Origin: Salpingoeca rosetta
Lineage: Eukaryota > Protista > Choanoflagellata
Length of the DNA stretch: 64,000 nucleotides
Assembly (NCBI GenBank): GCA_033442325.1
Contig: JAWQFM010000013.1
Location: forward strand, 1,585,160 to 1,649,159
Reading direction: 5' to 3'
Shown here: one piece after another, positions 1 through 15,025 of the stretch
Position numbering within the stretch: position 1 is the first letter of the stretch
Layout of the letters: each line of letters opens with the position of its first letter
Position numbers and translations under genes: made by a program
Notes under the pieces: model-generated
Database searches by the model: none
Told to the model about the DNA's origin: nothing
Seen by the model: only the letters and a program-made list of their open reading frames with translations

Positions 1-921
1 GGCAGCCAGCAAGTAAGCAAGTAGGGGCGCTCGAAAAGAAACGAGCGAGGCGGAAGTGTGAAGGGGGTTGGCAAGTTGACAACCAAGACAACAAGTAATG
101 AACCCCATCCTTGCTTGCTTGCAAGCAAGCAAGGATGGCGCGCGGAAAAAAAAAAAGCAAAAGCAAAAGCAAAAGCGTGCAGCGTCGAGTGCAATGCGAG
201 GCCAGCTCGATGGCACACGGCGTGAACATGCGCTCGCCACACTCCCAGTGGCAACTCGCCGAGGGCACACGAAACCGACCGAGCATGAGCAATTGGATAC
301 ATAATGTCAGCCCCATGGAGCACAAGAGGACATGGCCGCGAACAATACGCGCACGCAAGGAAATGTTGGTGGTGGCAAGCCGGCGTGCACGCGCGCATGA
401 GCGTGGGGGGGGGAGAGAGAGACAGAGAGAGACAGGGACAGAGACAGCGAGAGGGAGAGAGAAAGAGAGAGAGTGTGTGTGTGTGTGTGTGTGTGAAAGA
501 GAGAGAGAGAGAGAGACCCCAAGAAAGCAAGAAGGGGTACGTGTGCACACTTGGAGAAGTCAGCGAGTGCAAGTGCCGTGGCAAAAGGAAGAGAAAGAGG
601 TTTTGAAGGAGTGGCGTGCAAGAGTGCACGCGCATGTGCAAGACAGAGAGAGAGAGAGAGAAGGGAGAGGGGATACAGGCAGGGAAAGAAGCGACTGTAG
701 GATGCTTGTGGGTGTGTGGATGGTTGGGAGCGTGCTGTGACGCGACCAACACCTACTCACTCATCATGGCATTGCACCCACCTTGGTATTGAAGAAGACC
801 AACAGCGGCGGTGCTCGCTGGTGTCAAGCTCGTCTTACCCAGAAGAAATTGGCCACAAACGCGTCAAGGGTTGGGGGGAAGTGGGAAGGAGGGCACCTTT
901 TGTGTGTGCAGATGAGCGTCG

Positions 922-1018
<97 letters not shown>

Positions 1019-2805
1019 GGGCGGTCCACGCCTGCTGACTGTTTGTGTGAAAGGTGGGTGTAGACGAAGAAGCAGCGGCAGGTGGGGTTGGTTCGAGTGA
1101 ACACGAGCAGGTGGTCAAGTATCTTCAACAAGCGGGATCACACCATATGTCAACCACACACATGCATACACGCACACATCTACACATCAACACATAGCTC
1201 GCTCGACCTGTTGCATCCCCGCACATCCACATCCATACACGCACATACATGCACGCACACACATGCACATGCACACATGCTCTCAATGCACGAGCCAACA
1301 CTCAACGCACGCACCAGACTCACCAGAATCAAAGGGTGTGCTTGTGAAAAGAACAAAAGCACACGTCCAGTCCGCGCAGACCAGCTGTCAATGGGTATCA
1401 ATCGTGTGTATGCGTGTTGTTTCGATTGGTGTTCGTTTGTTTCTGCTCGTTGCTGTTGTTGTCGTGTTGTTGTTCTTCTTTCTCGGGTCTCCCGCACGCG
1501 CCTGTTGCAATTGAAAGTCGGCAACCTTTCCCTCCTTCGTACCCTCTCTCCCGCCTGCTCCTTTGTCTGCCTGGCTGGCGGGCTGTGGGTTTGTTTGTTT
1601 GTTTGGGTGTGTGCGTGTGATGATGTCCTTGCTCCTTTTGCTTGCCGTGGATGTGTGAGGGCGCAAAACAACGCAGCAGAGCTGTGGTCATCAGCAAGAA
1701 GAAAAGCAACCAAAGGGTGGGTGCGGATGTCGTTGTGCGCACGCAACAACTTCCCACCACAAAACACGCACACAAGCACACGCAACAAAAGCCAACCAAC
1801 AAGCAAAAGCAAGCAGAAGCGAATGCGTCTCGTTTTGAGCGCAGTGCGTGCATGCAAGCAAACGCGCCTGAAAACGCAACGACAACGGTTGCAGAACGTT
1901 GCGAGAGCGAGGAGTAAGCTTGCTTCGCACGAGCCATCGAGGCAGCGAATAAATCAAAACGTTTCGCACTTCGCAACCATCGCAGCTTCGTTGGACATGG
2001 GATTTGCAATCCTGCTGACAAGGACACTGCACGCGCACACGTGCACACGCGGCAAGGCGGACAAAACCAAACGACCGTCTGTTGTCGGCAACAGCGTCAC
2101 AAAAGCCAGCCACTGCTGCGTGTGTGTGTGTGTCTGCACGCGCGCGCACGCATCTTGCAGGGTGCATGCACCCAGCACTCCATCCAGGATCATGCTTCTG
2201 TCCACTGTACTTGCTTGCATGCAAAGGTGTCGGCAACCAGTGTGATGTGATGTGACAAACCACCACACCACAACGAACATTTCACGTCAGGGTGCGGGCT
2301 TCCGTTCTTTCCGTTGCTCATGCAATGTGCGCTGTGTCGGTCATTTGAGCTTGCAGCCTTGGCTTGCAGCAGTTTGAAGAGCCGTCCAGCTCAGTCGCAC
2401 GCGCGTGCGGCAAGAGCAATAATCCCTTGTCCCCTTTGCTTGGTCAACAAACAAAACATGTAGGCCAATGGGAATGGCGTTACACTGCAGTGCATGGTGC
2501 ACTGTTGCTCCTGTTGCTGTTGCTATGCACCACCATGCCACAAGACCCACAGCGCAAGACCTGCTGCACGCGAGAGCAGCCAGGATGGACTCGTGTGTGC
2601 CGTGAACTCTGGACAGTCCGCCCCTGGCCAAGAGCCACCCACATTGCACGAGCTCGCCTGATGCAGTGCACGAGTGGCTAATGGCTGTGAGCGCGACGGG
2701 TTTGAAGATTGGTGGTGTGTGAGAATTCGTTTACTGTGATTGTGGCCATTTGCCGCGTAGTGGGGAGCCATGGACACAGACAGTGTGAAGCAGAAGACAA
2801 CAGGC

Positions 2806-2880
<75 letters not shown>

Positions 2881-2970
2881 TCACACACACACACACACAC
2901 ACACTCACACACACACACACACACACACATACACACAAGAGGAGGAGGAGGGGGCGAGCTGGCTTGAGAG

Positions 2971-3750
2971 CTAGAGAGCGAAGGAAAAGGACCAAACCAT
3001 AGAGGCTGCAGCACACGGCACCATGTGGACACCGCCCTTTGGGTTCAGATGCAGGCACAGCGACGTGCCTTTGTTCTCAAGCTGCACATGCAGAGTGCGA
3101 ACGAGTGTGCGAATGCGCGTGTGTGCGCGCATGTGTGAGTGAGTTGAGCGAAGACGCATGTGGACGCGGATCAGGAAAACAGAACACGGCATGATCTCAT
3201 GCAGCAGCTCCACACACACACACACACAAACGCACACATGGACACGCACACACACACACACATAGACACACACATGGACACGCACACACACACATAGACA
3301 CGCACACACACACACACACACAACCACGCCACAGGCCCACCTTCTTGTCTGGACCGTAAGACCACTGCTGCGCCGGCGGCGGGTTGTCGTCGAGTGCGCA
3401 CTTGGCCAATGACACCCCCGTTGGTGTTGCAGCGAGACACAGCACCCCGTGCATCAGCTCCCCCTGTGCCGTCAGCACCCAGTACTGGTTGCCGCCAAGG
3501 CCGTGGCACCCAAAGGTGCCCACTTCCTCCCCATCTCCATGGCCCATCGTGTCCAGGCACACCGTGCCGCACCGCAGCTCGCCCCACGCCAGGTTGTGGT
3601 GTTCGGGGACGTGCAGCTGTGGATACACCGTCTGCACATACCAACTGAACGGCTTGCACCCCAGCCTGCAGTGATTGTCGGTGTGTGTGTGTGTGAGAGA
3701 GTGTGTGTGAGAGAGTGTGTGCGTGTGGTGTCGTGTGTGCGTAGGGTGTC

Positions 3751-3792
<42 letters not shown>

Positions 3793-5141
3793 GTGTGTCC
3801 GGCGTGTCGCCGTGATTATTGCGTGGTTTCGGAGCGAATGCACAAGCATATCAGCGACATGACCGTATCCCCCCATTGGCTTCAACAGCCAGCTTGCTCC
3901 AGCACACCCACACCAACCCCACCTCAATCCCACCTTCCTCTTTTCCTCTCAACCGCCACAACTCGTGCTGGGGCCACCTGCTGCGAAGTGCAATCTGTGC
4001 GCTGACGTCACCAAAGTCCACGCCCGTGAAGTGCGATGCGCGGTGCCCGTAGAACTGGGGCTTGTACTCGTCCAGCCACACCTGCACAGCGGAGAGGGGG
4101 AAAGAAGGGGGGACACGTGCCAAATCAACGAGGAATGGAGGGGCATGACAGACAGACGGACAAGTAGACAGGCAAGAAGACAGGCAAGAAGAGCGTGGAC
4201 ATACACAACCCCACATATACACACACATACAAACACACACACACACACTCGCACAAACACACACACACATGCACACACACGCGCGCGCGCGCACCTCGAC
4301 GATGCGGAGGATGTTGCGGGTGTAGCTGGCAGCAACGCCATCCGGAAACAAATACGGGTGCTGCGGCATGAACATGTGTGCAACGCGCGAGCAGGGGTGG
4401 ATCACCGCCCGTCCACTGCACATCCACACCTTGAACGACAGCTCAAGGTTGTCGCCGCCCCAGTATGTCAGGCCCTGTTTCGCCCGCGTGGCAGTGAATA
4501 TGTGTTTGAGTACGTGTGCATATGTGTGTGTGTATGTGTGTGTGTGTGTGTGTGCATATATGTGTGTGTATGTGTGTGTGTGTGTGAGCATGGTGATAAA
4601 GCAGGGCGCACGCAGGGGAAAGCAAGGATGCAGGTTGAGAGGATGCAGGGTTGAGTGTGGCGTGGAAAGGGTCCTATAGTCAAGTTGAACACTTCACTCA
4701 GCAAGAAGAACAAACAGCAACAGCACTCCCCATGCGCTCACGTCCATGCTACGTTTGCACGTGTTGACAACACGTTGCCACAGACCTGATCAAACCCGCC
4801 AAGGTGCTCAAGTGTTGTTCCTCGAATGGCAACGACACCCGGCAGCACGGGCGATGGATATGCGACACCACCACCACCATCACCACCAGCAGCAGCACTG
4901 CGGTGCTGTACAGGTATGCTCAGCCACTTGAAGAGCATATCCCAGCGAAAGCCGGCGATCATGGCTGGGGAGCGGCGTATGGCGAGGGAGGCCGGGTCAA
5001 TGGCATCGAGTACAGGGGATATGGCGTCGGCGGGGTGCGTCGTGACGTGTGCCAGCAGTGGCGGCAGCCACCCGTGGCCAACCTCAACATGCGCATCCAG
5101 GAACACAAGCACCTGCACACGTACACGCGCGCGCGTGTGGG

Positions 5142-5180
<39 letters not shown>

Positions 5181-5538
5181 ATGTGTGTGTGTGTGTGCAA
5201 GTGAGTGAGCAAGTGACAGACAAACACATGCTTGCATGGAGACGGGACAGAGAACATGAAGAAGCACGAGTCACAGGCTGCACTGCACGACTGGGGTGAT
5301 TGATGCCATCAGTCGATGCAAGGCAGTCCCAGCCACGCCGTCACAGCCATGCGCACATGACAGGTGTTGCCACCTACATCGCCAGCAGATGCTTTGACAC
5401 CCAGCATGCGCGCGCGTGCAACACCGAGGCGCTCATCGCTGCGAACAAACTGCACGGGCACGCCAACGTGGATACCGTCAAACAGGCTGCTCAAGTCTGC
5501 AGTGGCATCACACCACCAGATGGCATTGTACGTACCGC

Positions 5539-5571
<33 letters not shown>

Positions 5572-6443
5572 TGTGTGTAAGTGTGAGTGTGTTGAAGGCT
5601 AAGAAGACGAGGAACACGGCAGCTACGACGATGGCCAAACACACTCACTCACTCACGCACTCACACACAATCACACAGTCACACAACTGCAAATCACACA
5701 CTCACAAACACATACTCATCACTTCCGCACATGTGTGTGCGCGAAGAGATAACACTGACAACGTGTCTGCTCACCTGTTTGAGAGGCGTCGTCAACGACA
5801 ACAATGTCAGACAGCAAGGCCATCGGAGTGCGTGCGAGGACGCTGGCCACTGTTCGAAACAACGTCGTTGGCTCCTCGTTGTGTTGAATAATAATCACAC
5901 TCGCTCTCAACTCTCCATCATATGGAACGTTCGAGCACCTGCGTGTGTTATGGGTCAATGCAACGCGCCAACAACGGTGAGCATGTGAGAATGGTACTGT
6001 GACACACATTCACAGACACCACACACACACTCACAGACACCACACGCACAAACACACATACATACACACCACCACACACAAACACACACCACACCACCGA
6101 GCTTCTTTGTAGCACAACGCTGTACAAGGTCACACATTCCATATGCTGCACATCTCCCCCCCCCCCCAAGTACGTACTGGTTGCCGCGAAAATCTGGCGT
6201 GCTTCTCAAGACCCCAACAGCTTGGCTCTGACTCAGATCCAACGCGCCATACTGCAGAGCGGCGCTGTCCGCAGTGTGTCGTGCGCGAGTGCTCTGCTTC
6301 CACGCATCGAAGTGCTGCTTCAGTGCTGTGGCCCTGGCAAGCTCATCATCCAAGCCCCAGTGCTCCCGCCACAAGTACGTCGCCAACACCAACACCAATA
6401 CAAGTTGCACCGCAGCCACTGCCCAGCGCCAAGCACAGCGCAT
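2971..6443 (-). CDS. GALNT: Polypeptide N-acetylgalactosaminyltransferase (GT27) with C-terminal ricin-B lectin; about 8 exons
   Basis: N-terminal TM ([19 protein letters not shown]). Exons carry [52 protein letters not shown] (DxH), [36 protein letters not shown], and ricin [20 protein letters not shown]. Last exon ends MVWSFSFAL* at 2971. Confidence 0.93.
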
Positions 6444-6778
6444 GGCCTGCTGTTGTGCGGTTGGTATTGGTTGGTGTGTGTGTCGTTATCGTTGATGAAA
6501 ATTGGCTGTATCTTCCACCAAACGTGGCTGTGTCATCATGGATGGATGTGTGCACATCAATGCTCTCTTCAGACTGCACCTTCTCTGTGCCTTCCCTCTT
6601 GTCACTGTGCTTGCCCCGCAAGCATTTGCCATCGCTGGCACCAGTGTTCGCTGTTGTTCGCTTTGTAAGTACGAAAGGAAGGGTAAAAAGCAACTTATAT
6701 GTCACAACACTCGCACCTTCAATCAAAGCGTGTAATCAAAGCATGGATGATGCGCTGTGACCACGTTCGCCAGTACGG

Positions 6779-6810
<32 letters not shown>

Positions 6811-6929
6811 TATCTCTTCCACTCACGCACACACACGCACGCACACATAACCAACGTGTGACAATTTCGTTTGAAAAACATAACACAGGCAAAACTAACC
6901 CCCAACAAAAAATATTGGAAGGAGAACGT

Positions 6930-7078
6930 TCAGAAGGCGACCAGCTCCTCCACGGTCTTGATGCCAAACCGCTGCCATCAGAGAGAACACAGGAGAGTGA
7001 AGTGAGCAGGAGACGATGTGAACCCCACGCATGCACGTCCAGATCATGAGATGCAAGCGCAGGAGAAAGAATACGTGC

Positions 7079-7115
<37 letters not shown>

Positions 7116-8309
7116 TGAGTGTGTGTGTGTGTCAAGTGAAAACAGAAACGTGCAGTAAAATACAGAAACGTGCAGCAAATACAGACAACCACAAGTGCAC
7201 ACATGCATCAATACATGCAGCAGCATGTTCCTATCCCGCTTTGATGCTTCGACCATACCTGTGGGCAGCCGGAGTGGGCTACGTCCTTGCCTTGTAGCTT
7301 TCCATCCACAATGTACTCGTGGCCAATCTTCTCCTGAAAGAATACAGCGCTCACACAGATGTGTATGCATGTATGCATTTGTGTGTATGTGTGTATGTGT
7401 GTGTGTGTGTGCGTTGGTGGTGGTGGTGTGCGAGTGTGAATCGGGGACAAGGTGGGTGCATCGTATCATCGTATTCTGGCTTTCATCATCAAACGCAGGT
7501 ACAACATCTCCACTGCACTCCCTCTTCAAAAACCACCACCGCCCACCACCACTGCCCAGCATTGCACGCGTGTGGTCGCACCTGTGCCCACAGGATGACC
7601 TTGTCCATCATTGGTGTCTTGACACCGCAGATATCGGCAATGCCGCGCATCACGCACAGCCCGTGTGGCAGATCCTGACGGCGGCGATGGCGGCGATGGC
7701 CAGGGATACAGCACGTGCAGTCGTGGACAGCTAGTGAGGACGCAGACGGCGCACGGGGGGGGGGGAGGTGGACACATAACATACACAGGTACGCGCATAC
7801 AGGCAATCAAACGTGCTCACTCCCTCACTCACTCACTCACATATATACACACATTTGCACACATTTGCACACATTTGCACACACACACCAACCACATCAT
7901 GTTATGAGAACGCACGTCAGTGAGGTAGCGAGTGTGGAAGTTTGGCATGAAGGTGCCATCGTCCAACTGCTTGCACGGCGCCTTGAGCCCACGATACGCA
8001 AAGTTGCTGGCAAAGATCTGGTGCAGCCACATACACGCACAATTGTATGTAGGAGAACGGTTGTAGCGCAAATGTAAGCAACTGTGTTCCCACACATACA
8101 CACACACGCACGGCTCTGAGCGGGCTGACTCACGCGGGCGGTTGAGCTCCTGTCCTTGACGTTGTCACCGTATGCATCGATGGTGTACTCATCAATTGGC
8201 TGCCACTGCGACAAATCTGCATCCGTGCGAGACACAATCACATCCCGACACGCCTGAACACGGCGGCGACAAACAACAGCAGCGGTGGCACGTGATGGTT
8301 GAATGTCGT

Positions 8310-8404
<95 letters not shown>

Positions 8405-10283
8405 GACTGTGAGTGAAGGAAATTAGGAAGCGTAACGGGAATTGACCACCATGGCACACATACACACACACGTACACACACACACACGCGCGCGCACGCA
8501 CCTTCACTTCGTCGGAAATGGTCTGGAGGACGTTGCCCGTGAACTCGTCGCAGTTCTGGTAGAAGAGCGGCTGCTCGGCCACGGGTTTGCCGTCCCAGTC
8601 GCGCCAGATGCCGTACGTGATGGCGGGGTGGATGACAGCGTTTGTGCACCACATGGTGATGGTCAGGAAGTGCCCGTCCGAAAGAAACGTCGTGTTCTTG
8701 TGCAGCTGGTTCAGCAGCGGGCCCAGGCGCTGTGGACACGTGCGCATATGTGTGTGTGTGTGATAGTGTGTGTGTGTGTGTGTGTGTGCGTGCGTGCGTG
8801 TGCGTGTGTGTGTGATAGTGTTGCAGATTGAGGGAAAGGTGTGTACGTGCATACATGCGCAACGGGCGCCTAACACGCCACACACACACACACGCACACA
8901 CACACACGCACGCATGCGCACGCACGCACATGACAGACGGCCCACCTTCCAGGTTTTTTCCGTGTGCGGCTCGTAGGAGACGAAGATGTTGGCCTTTTCG
9001 CTCTGAAGGTCCACAGATGAGCCATACTCCGTGAAGCGGCACACCCACGGCAGCGCGCCCGCACCAAACAGCGTCACATTCTGCACGCAGGATGTGCATG
9101 TGCATTTTGTGTTTGAGTTGTGTGCTCATGGTGTCGGCTGAGCAGCACACACACACAACACACACACAACACACACACGCAAACACACACACAACAATAC
9201 AACACGCACACGCACACGCACACACACACACGCAAACGAATGCTCGCTATGCACGTGCAAGACTACGAAACTGCGACACTGACCTTCTTCTGCATGAGGT
9301 CGCCCAGCACGTGCTTTGCCAGCATGTTGAAGCCACCGGGCCCGGGGATGGCGCCCACAAACGCCCCTGCCGTGTGGTGGTCGTGATGGGGGCCACGATC
9401 ATGTGAATACATGCACACGCAGGCTGATGCGGCCACACAGCAAAACGCAGGCACATACGCACACATGCCCAAGGGCACGCACGCACGCACCGTCGTGCAG
9501 GTGCGGGGCGATTTCCTTGAGGATGGGCTCGTGGGCAAACGCAGGCGTGATGAGCAGGATGAGATCCGAGTCTGGGATCACCTCTGCAGGGTCATTGGAG
9601 ATGGCCTGTCCACCAATCAACGGAGACAATTGTGTGTGCATGGTTGTGCATGTATATGTGTGAGAGAGGGGGGACGGGAATAGGGTTGTTTGGGCGCGGG
9701 ATTGCACTCACACGCGCGCATGCACGCAGCGAGAAGCAATGCACGAGGAATGCACGAGGAGAAGCAACCATGCGTTGCTTTTACCGGCCAACACAATGAA
9801 ACAGCGATGGATCACATCCTCATCAAGCGAATGCGGCCATGATGGCATGGTGGCGGCATCACGCGATGCGCTCACCTTGGGCATTGCTTTGTACGAGCCG
9901 TCCTTTGTGTTGACGGTGACGCCGCCGGTCCTCTCGCAGCCTTTGCGGAACTTCCGCGCTTCCTCCTCAAACGAGAAGAAGAGGTTGACATCCGCGCCTT
10001 GGGTGGTGAACATGCCAACAGCGACGTGGGCAGCGTTGCCACCGCCGCACACCGTCACCTGACAAGTGTGTGTGTGTGTGCATGTGTGTTTGTGTGTGTG
10101 TGTGCGTGTGCGTGTGCGTGTGTGTGTGTGTGTGCGTGCGTGCGTGTGTGTGTGTGTGTATGTGTGTGTGTGTGTGTGTTAGCGAGCGGAAAAGCCAATC
10201 TGCGTTGTGAGGCTTTCACAAGCAAGCCAATCGGCATGCAGATCTAGAGATCTGCGATCCGATACAGACTTCCACTCAGACAT
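6930..10283 (-). CDS. NAD-dependent opine (octopine/tauropine/alanopine-type) dehydrogenase, multi-exon
   Basis: Rossmann [11 protein letters not shown] (exon from 10058), [84 protein letters not shown]. Last exon [13 protein letters not shown] at 6930-6971. The start exon (MSEWKS at 10283) is tentative. Confidence 0.88.
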
Positions 10284-10868
10284 TGCTTTTCCTCTGGCAC
10301 CCCAAGCAGCCTCCACCAGCCGAGACACCCAAACACACAAACAAGACGCCCAATTGTAACATTCGATCGTGTTGTGCACACACCACAGGACGCCGTTGTT
10401 CTTCAGCCATTATTGCGTGGTCTTCTCTTGCGGCTCTTCAGTCAGTCAAACTTGGCTGGCTGCCTTCTCCTTGCTTGCTTCCCTGGTTGCCTGGTTGATG
10501 TGCTTGGGTGTGGAAAATGCGACTGCTGGTGCACTTGCGTTGCTTTCCTTGCTTGCTTGCTTGACTGGCGGTTGTTGCTGAATGGGTTGGTTGCCACATC
10601 AAAGACTGGTGACTTGCATTGCTGCAGCGGTGCCACTGACGAACAACTTGTGCCAGTTGTCGGCTTGCAGATGACGTGATTGCATCACGATTGCTGCCAT
10701 TTATTTGAAGATTCCCAATAAAATTCCGCAACCATGGCGCAAATGCAGCGTGTTGCGTCATTTCACGGCAAATCACGCATGTCATGAGCCTGCGCATTTC
10801 ACCAAGCAAGCGTGTACACAATTCACACACATACACAATGACACACATATGCACACACACAACATATG

Positions 10869-10881
10869 CTACGTGCTTGCA

Positions 10882-10914
<33 letters not shown>

Positions 10915-11427
10915 TGGCCACCACCATCAGCGGAGCGGGCGCGTGTGCGCGGGGTGCGGCCAACCATGAGCAGAAACGCGTGCAAGTGCTGCAGCGTGGG
11001 CAGGCGCATGGGTGGTGCGTCCTCCACGGAGAACGTCGCTGGTGGATACGCCTCTGGTAGCTCGTCTTCTCCATCACCGCGCAGTGGCGCCAGGTTGGCC
11101 ACATATGGACCCCGCAACAAGCCCTAGTGCGATGGTGGTCGCGGGTGGCGGTGATAGTGGTGGTGACGAAAGATGAGCTGCGGTGGTGATGTTGTCGGGG
11201 GAGGGGTGCACTGGACATGGAGCGAAGCATGGAAAGGACAACAAGCAGCCACAGTGGCGACAGCAAGCATGCCAATGACCACACATACACACGCACATTT
11301 GGTGTCCAGCCGCCGAATGCGATGAAGAAGTGCTTGTAAAGAATGGCCTCACCAGAGAGGTGGGGGTTTGGCAGCATGGTGCGCGTTTGCGCATGGCTGG
11401 CCACCGTATTGAACGTGTGGGTTTCTG

Positions 11428-11500
<73 letters not shown>

Positions 11501-11560
11501 TTTTCTACTTTTTTTGTCTTCATTGTTGTTGGGTGTTTGTTGTCTGGGATTTTTTTTTTT

Positions 11561-11593
<33 letters not shown>

Positions 11594-11947
11594 NNNNNNN
11601 NNNNNNNNNNNNNNNNNNNNNNNNNNNNNNNNNNNNNNNNNNNNNNNNNNNNNNNNNNNNNNNNNNNNNNNNNNNNNNNNNNNNNNNNNNNNNAAATCAA
11701 TGCATCCAATACAATACAACAATTCACTGTACTTAATCACAAACACTGCAACAGCAGGAGCTGGCTTGGTGTATCTTGGTCTGCACTATCGTCAGCCACG
11801 GCGCCGCCTGTGCCTCCTCACGTGCCTGTGTGCGTTTCATTGCTTGCTTGGGCAAAACATCATTCGCTCATACACAAAACCAAACCAAAACGTCCCTCAT
11901 CACATCACATGTCACCGACGCAAGTGAAGCACGCATAAGACACACAC

Positions 11948-12003
<56 letters not shown>

Positions 12004-12319
12004 ACACACACCTACACACCAATACACACATACACACACGTACACCTTCACAGCGACGGACCTGTGTCGAACCAGTAGAGGGCGTTTGTGACTTCGTCGT
12101 TGCGCATGTGGTTGATGCTGCCGCCAATCGCCAGGATCTTCTTGTCCACAACAACGGCCGCCGTTTCACGCCCGAACATGTTTTCGGGCATACCCTCGGT
12201 CTCCACCACGCGCTCCCACTGCACCTGGTGCTGCTCCAAGAGCACGTGCAAGTCCAGCGCCCACACGTCCCGCTGGTCGTCCCCAGACCGCCGGATGTCG
12301 GAGCCTGCAGACGCCAGTG

Positions 12320-12355
<36 letters not shown>

Positions 12356-13572
12356 AAATGAGGGAGGCAGTGCAGTGTGGGTATGATGCAATGCGGAATA
12401 AAAACACACACACACATACGTAAGTACACGTGCATGCACGCACAAACACAGCAACACACAAAGGAGTGCACGAAGGTGTAATGCAAGTCGAGGGAACGCA
12501 CCACTGCAGCCGCCGAGGACCCACAGCGAACGGTCGACAATCCCGGCTGCAAAGCCGTACCTGCAATCCACGTGGCGGCAAGGTTACGAAAGCACTCGTG
12601 CACCCACAGCACTCACACACGCACACAATGACGACGGCGACGATGACGACACACAATCGCACATGCGCACAATGACGAGAACGATACAAACACGTACAGT
12701 CACGCATACACACGCATACACACGCATACACACGCATACAAGCATCCTCCATTTCTCCTGCTACCTGTCTGCTGGTCTGTTTTCGTCTGGCGCTTGCACG
12801 AGTGGGATCCACGTGAATGTTTCAGTCTCGAGCAACCCAACGGTGGTCGCTGGATCGTGATCATGCAGCCCACCAACAACAACAAGCTGCGCAGTGGCGG
12901 GTGGTGCGTGGCGTGGACGTGTAGGCACGTCAGATTTGGGTGAGACACAGAGACGGGGGGGGGGAGTGGAACAGAAAAACGCACGCACGTGCAGAGCAGA
13001 ACAACTTGTGGAAACACGCATGCACATGGTGTGACACAACAGAACACTTGAATGCAATGTCGGCAAGAAGAAGAAGAAGAAGAAGAAGAAGAAGCTTGAG
13101 CACCTTTGAAGGGTCCGTGGGAACGGGAGCCACAAAGTGATAGGAGGTGAACCCTATCAGCGTGAAGACGTGGAAAGGAATGCGGCAAAGCCGTCAGCAC
13201 CAAGCCATCAGCACACATATGAACACGCACACACACGCTCGCACACACACACATACACATACACGCAATCACACACACACATTCACGCAAGCACACGTAC
13301 ACGCACGCACATACACGCATGAACTCTGACCCACCGACGCCGCCTTCAAGCCGCACGTGGTCCCACTTGACTGTTGCTTTGTCGCCTTGAATGTCAATGG
13401 ACAGCACAGCACCGTCTTGCACGGCACCAAAATACCCGCCGAGAGTGCACCCTGACATCGCCCACACAATGGAGGTATCATCAACGTCAGGACATGGTCT
13501 CCAGCCGAGAACGCGAGTGAAAACACACCCACAGAGAGACATATTGTGTGTGTTGGGGGGGGAGGGAGGGAG

Positions 13573-13619
<47 letters not shown>

Positions 13620-15025
13620 GCAGTAAGGACCGAGGACACGAGACACAGAGACAACGCACACAATGCACACACGTCCACACAATATATGCACACACGTCCA
13701 CACAATATATGCACACACGTACACACGCGCAAAAACACACCGCCATGCAGGAAGAGACGGCCGTCTGGGAGTGGTGTGAGCGTGTGCCCATATGTGATGT
13801 GGGGTCGCTCGTTTGTTTCCGTCACCTCGAGCGATGACACTCGCGTCGGCAGCTGGTGCAAGTCGAGGATTTCAACCGCTGGTTCAAGCCCCCTGCCAGA
13901 CACGCAGGTGCACGCATGCGTGTGAGCATACGCATGTATGTATGTGCTTGCATTTGTGTATGCGGTCAAGAGCATGCCCAACAAGTGCATAGAAGAAGGG
14001 CATGCAAGCGCGTGCGGTGATGAACAACCGGCACATGCAATAATCAACGCAATCGGCAGGTGATGGCAAGTGACACGCACATGTTGCCAAAGCCAAGCAC
14101 AATTACAGCATATCGGTCCTGGAACAAGCAGACTGCGTGTCCCTCGCAAGGCTGCACGGGGGTTTTCACTGCAAGCAAAAGATGTCATCTCATGACATGA
14201 ATCCAAGAAGAAGCAAAACAGCGGGCTTCAGCGCCCATGGGTGTTCTTGGCGACCAGAACATTCCAATCACCAACACTCCAGTACAGCATGAAAGCACCT
14301 GCCACACAGAGACAGCATGACCAACAACAACGCACTCGCTGGCTTCAGCCATTCCACGCGCCGAAGGTTCTGGATTGCATAGCCGAACCTGGGCGCCACC
14401 GCCGCCACCGCCACCAAGATGGAGAGAGGTGGTGAGGTAAGCACCAAATTAAACCAGGTGACTCCATGCACACCCACGATCGACCGTGCATGCATGCACG
14501 CACGCCCGGAAGCTCAAAGAACAACGACAGCTGTGGTCAAGAACAAAGACAGCTGTCAACCGTGTACCTGTAAGCCTGGAACCAGTCGCGCACGTCCTCC
14601 TCCTGCAGTGCGACTGTTGCCCTCATCATCGCCTTTGAGGTGAACTCTCGCAAATACTTTGCCCTCCACACATCTGGCTGATTTAGAAGCTGGGCCAGCC
14701 GCTGGCACGTCAGCTGCAACGTCAACACCTGCCACAAAACAACCCAACAAGCAAGCAAGCGATGACGTTCACCATACGGCAAGTGTACATGCGACACAAA
14801 ATAACACAACCAGACAACCGGACAGGCCTTCCCCCCCCCCTCTCTTCTCTCTGTGCTTCATCCACTTTCGTCCCTTCCATTCCTTTTCGACTACCTCCAA
14901 AGGCAGCCAAGGGCAAGCGCGCTCACCGAGGGCACATCGAGAAACGAGGCGATGTGCACCAGCAGCAGGTCGTCAAGGTCCAGCAACCCGCACAGCGCTG
15001 GCGCATCCTCGCAACTTTCGTCCAT
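10869..15025 (-). CDS. F-box protein with Kelch-like repeats, multi-exon (spans the gap at 11594-11693)
   Basis: F-box LLDLDDLLLVHIASFLDVPSVSALAL-TCQRLAQLL..VW. Kelch-type segments YGHTLTPLPDGRLFLHGG, RYGFAAGIVDRSLWVLGG..DVWALDL, KILAIGG..NALYWFDT, FIAFGGW. Acidic C-terminus HDDDDDDDDDDAAST*. Confidence 0.8.
11594..11693. other. Assembly gap (100 N)
   Basis: N run following a poly-T tract. Confidence 1.

Noticed and set aside
1-2900. Possible exons, including the 387-aa ORF at 1082-2245
   Set aside because: No recognisable motifs and no consistent exon chain. Left unannotated.
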